DNA from: a virus
Lineage: Duplodnaviria > Caudoviricetes
Virus record (IMG/VR): IMGVR_UViG_3300017752_000010
Coordinates: 1 to 60,069 of that record
Length of the DNA stretch: 60,069 nucleotides
Reading direction: 5' to 3' (one strand)
In this document: in pieces, positions 57,802-60,069 of the stretch
How positions within the stretch are numbered: the stretch's first letter is position 1
Layout: each line of letters begins with the position of its first letter
Notes under the pieces: model-generated
Told to the model about the DNA's origin: nothing
What the model saw: the letters and a program-made list of their open reading frames with translations, nothing else
Databases searched by the model: none
Position numbers and translations under genes: made by a program

Positions 57802-58133
57802 TTGCAGTATCCTACACATTTCTGTAGTTTAAGAAAGAGTTGGTTCTTATAGTACTCATCATCAGGATGAAAAGTATCACTGACATGTGATAAACCAGCA
57901 TCCATCTCAAGTGTGTCGCTAAACTTCCACTTACCATAAATCATGCTATTGGTTGACATGTCTTTAATGAAGTGAACGTCTGTGTTACTATCACGTCGAC
58001 TGATACCATCGGCATCTTCTTCAAACTTAAATCCCATAATCAAACCACTGTAAAGGCCTTGAAACTCTGCTGCTTTGGTTTCATACACAACGCATGATGC
58101 CAATAGTAAACTTAATGCTAATACTCTAATCAT
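57798..58133 (-). CDS. secreted / outer-membrane beta-strand protein
   Basis: Signal peptide, alternating beta-strands, H.SD motif. Confidence 0.55.
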   Translation of the reverse strand: MIRVLALSLLLASCVVYETKAAEFQGLYSGLIMGFKFEEDADGISRRDSNTDVHFIKDMSTNSMIYGKWKFSDTLEMDAGLSHVSDTFHPDDEYYKNQLFLKLQKCVGYCK

Positions 58134-58246
58134 TAATCAATCCACTTATCAATTTTCTTTTTACCAATATACAATATCGCTAACCAGATGGTAAACAATA
58201 TACCATCAAGGTAACTAAGTTCGTTCCACGCATTAACTAAATCCAT
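58133..58246 (-). CDS. 37-aa single-TM microprotein
   Basis: Hand translation MDLVNAWNELSYLDGILFTIWLAILYIGKKKIDKWID*; TAATG overlaps at both ends. Confidence 0.6.
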   Translation of the reverse strand: MDLVNAWNELSYLDGILFTIWLAILYIGKKKIDKWID

Positions 58247-58929
58247 TAGAATTTATACCCCAATGTAATGTATGATACGCTATATTCTTCTTCAGCATCA
58301 TCAGTGATATACAAATCTCTTACTTTGAAAGTTGTATTTGTAGACAACTGATAGCTGATAATCATTTCGTTCTTTGTAAGTTCATGGACATTCGATCCAT
58401 TCTCAAATAAGTACTTGTTAGTAAATGACCACTTACTATCTGGATGTTGGTATCTTACCCAAGTAGAATTACGCCATACAATCTCACTATATTCTTCAGT
58501 TCCCATTTGAGTCAATGTAACTTCGTGAGACATTTTCCATCTATCATTACGAAAGAACTTCCAACCCCAACCAACACCAGTGTGTGGACGGAACTCACCA
58601 ATATCACGATTAGCATTGTGATTGAAACCAAAGTTTGCGATACCATAATGTGTGGGTGTGAAGTTTAGAATAAATTCATACTCACCATCAGCACGATTAG
58701 TAAGGTCTTCACCACCTACTTGTGTCTTGTATAGATTGGTTTCTGTCTCAATCTGAAAGTCTTTACCTTCTGGTTCCCAGTTCCATTTCTGATGAACATT
58801 CAAGTTCTTAGTATTACTGTCTTCCACTTTGTATCCAATATCAATAGAACCTTTGTTTTTAGCAGGTGCTTCTGTAGTACCTAAACCTAGAATAGCTAAA
58901 CCAATTAAAGGTGTAGTGATGTATTTCAT
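58246..58929 (-). CDS. outer-membrane beta-barrel protein (DUF481-like)
   Basis: Signal peptide, amphipathic beta-strands, G.GWK, C-terminal BAM signal ITLGYKF. Confidence 0.7.
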   Translation of the reverse strand: MKYITTPLIGLAILGLGTTEAPAKNKGSIDIGYKVEDSNTKNLNVHQKWNWEPEGKDFQIETETNLYKTQVGGEDLTNRADGEYEFILNFTPTHYGIANFGFNHNANRDIGEFRPHTGVGWGWKFFRNDRWKMSHEVTLTQMGTEEYSEIVWRNSTWVRYQHPDSKWSFTNKYLFENGSNVHELTKNEMIISYQLSTNTTFKVRDLYITDDAEEEYSVSYITLGYKF

Positions 58930-59274
58930 CTATTTACTTTCTTTCTCTAAATCGTGAACATATAATGCAATTAGACCATAATGAAGTACTTTCATAAGGT
59001 CTTTGCGGTTGTAACCGTCTTTTTTACCATAACGCTGAGCATACTTCATAATATTACCAATTGTAAAGCCTTCACCATGCCCACCATCGATGATAAACTC
59101 TGTTGCTTGAAATTTATTTACTGCGTAATGCTCACCATATGTATCATTAACATACTTAGTAAGCTGACCAAGAAGTTCACCTTCGTTATATTTGTAATCG
59201 ATCATTCCATATTCCTCAGGTGTAATTGACATAGTTTCTGATGGTTTACTCATTTGAGAACCTATCATCTGCAT
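58930..59274 (-). CDS. DUF3310-like protein (putative nucleotide-metabolism enzyme)
   Basis: HY, GF.IGNI.KYA.RYGKK.G...DL.K..HY; true start may lie further downstream. Confidence 0.7.
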   Translation of the reverse strand: MQMIGSQMSKPSETMSITPEEYGMIDYKYNEGELLGQLTKYVNDTYGEHYAVNKFQATEFIIDGGHGEGFTIGNIMKYAQRYGKKDGYNRKDLMKVLHYGLIALYVHDLEKESK

Positions 59275-59554
59275 CTTTACCTTCTTGCATTTGTACTAAC
59301 AAGATCATAATTTGGGTGGCTGCATGAGCAACATGAGACATGCCAGATTCTGGATCAATATCTTCACCTTGCCAAAATAGCATAAGATGTCTTTGAATAG
59401 AAGAATAGGTGCGAGACCAATCAGTGTTATTAGCATCTCTACGCCAGTCATTTACTGCATACTTTTCTGCACCAAAAGCAAATACATTAGCAATTTCTGT
59501 AAGAGCTTCAGGTGGAATGAGTGAAATTGGGGCTTTGTTTTTATCGAACTTCAT
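59246..59554 (-). CDS. dATP/dGTP diphosphohydrolase-like protein (DUF5664)
   Basis: K.D..K....LIP, FGA.KY...W, S..RH, D.ESG..H..HA. Confidence 0.75.
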   Translation of the reverse strand: MKFDKNKAPISLIPPEALTEIANVFAFGAEKYAVNDWRRDANNTDWSRTYSSIQRHLMLFWQGEDIDPESGMSHVAHAATQIMILLVQMQEGKDADDRFSNE

Positions 59555-60011
59555 GATATTTCCTATGCAGATTTAACAGTACTTCTAGATTATACTTTTT
59601 CAATTTGATTTTTTTAGATCTAAGTTGATTAGTCCAATTGACATGACTTGGATATTGATCGATGTAAAACAGTTTTGTGAGTGTTTCACTGTCACATCGA
59701 TTAACAATACGATCAAGGTCAAAGAGTGTTGGCTGATTTTCTTTTACATTTGCACGTTTAAGGTTCTCGTATGCATGTGCATGAAAATCTCTTACATACA
59801 TTCTAAATGGTGCTGAATAACCACAATTAAAGCAATGACATACTAAGCTATTATTCTTAGCATCTACCCAGAATCTTGCTTTACGCTGATTTGTTGTACT
59901 ATCACCGCATACTTGACAAGACCAGTTCCAAGAGTACTGATTTTTCTTGCGATAATTACGAACTTCGTATTGAAGTCCATCAGCAACAATCATTTCTTCA
60001 TGTTGACTCAT
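59541..60011 (-). CDS. primase (gp61-type) Zn-finger domain-only protein
   Basis: SCQVCGDS...KARF and HCFNCG; only 156 aa, no TOPRIM domain. Confidence 0.7.
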   Translation of the reverse strand: MSQHEEMIVADGLQYEVRNYRKKNQYSWNWSCQVCGDSTTNQRKARFWVDAKNNSLVCHCFNCGYSAPFRMYVRDFHAHAYENLKRANVKENQPTLFDLDRIVNRCDSETLTKLFYIDQYPSHVNWTNQLRSKKIKLKKYNLEVLLNLHRKYHEVR

Positions 60012-60069
60012 GATAAATCCTCTTCTGGAACATTCCTTCTTGTTGACTCATGATAAGTCCTCTTCTGGA
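60001..60069. repeat. direct repeat, 40-bp period, 28/29 identity
   Basis: TGTTGACTCATGATAAATCCTCTTCTGGA (60001-60029) vs TGTTGACTCATGATAAGTCCTCTTCTGGA (60041-60069). Confidence 0.9.

Noticed and set aside
60001-60069. CRISPR-like repeat-spacer unit
   Set aside because: Only two copies, an 11-nt intervening segment and no cas genes. The repeat corresponds to an SD plus start codon.
1-60069. tRNA, rRNA, introns, inteins or stop-codon reassignment
   Set aside because: No intergenic gap with cloverleaf features was seen, core genes are uninterrupted, and genes pack tightly under the standard code with TAA, TAG and TGA all used as stops.

Overview
This AT-rich 60 kb window is part of a T4-like myophage genome of the marine or environmental type. 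From left to right it holds five blocks. (i) 1-6.2 kb is a modification-enzyme island: an SDR, three 2OG-Fe(II)/Asp-Asn beta-hydroxylase-like oxygenases, three GT-A-like glycosyltransferases and a SAM methyltransferase. (ii) 6-46 kb is a rearranged tail, baseplate and neck region (gp15, gp14, DUF4815 protein, gp8, gp7, gp6, gp25, gp5, gp27-like, gp53, gp48, gp4, tape-measure-like, gp26/gp51, gp54-like, gp2), with an inverted fibre-like block and a holin/M15 endolysin pair. (iii) 46-50.5 kb encodes ClpX, an exonuclease, gp33, gp59 and gp32. (iv) 50.5-55.7 kb is a late membrane/secreted-protein operon plus a transferase-like gene. (v) 55.9-60 kb covers nucleotide modification (dCMP hydroxymethylase, MazG-like, HAD, DUF5664/DUF3310-like), outer-membrane proteins and a primase Zn-finger-only ORF. 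The most striking unexplained signal is a strong, codon-diverse enrichment of the tripeptide Asp-Ser-(Asp/Glu). It is abundant in peripheral virion proteins and absent from the inner hub and tube proteins. It lies next to late-promoter-linked glycosyltransferases and Asp-hydroxylase-like enzymes, which suggests a phage-encoded virion-surface modification system. Other notable signals are a probable -1 frameshift joining gp26 to a gp51-like ORF upstream of the tape-measure-like gene, and a recurring TAAATA-N4-ATG late-promoter layout consistent with leaderless mRNAs. All family calls come from motif recognition by eye; no database searches were run.
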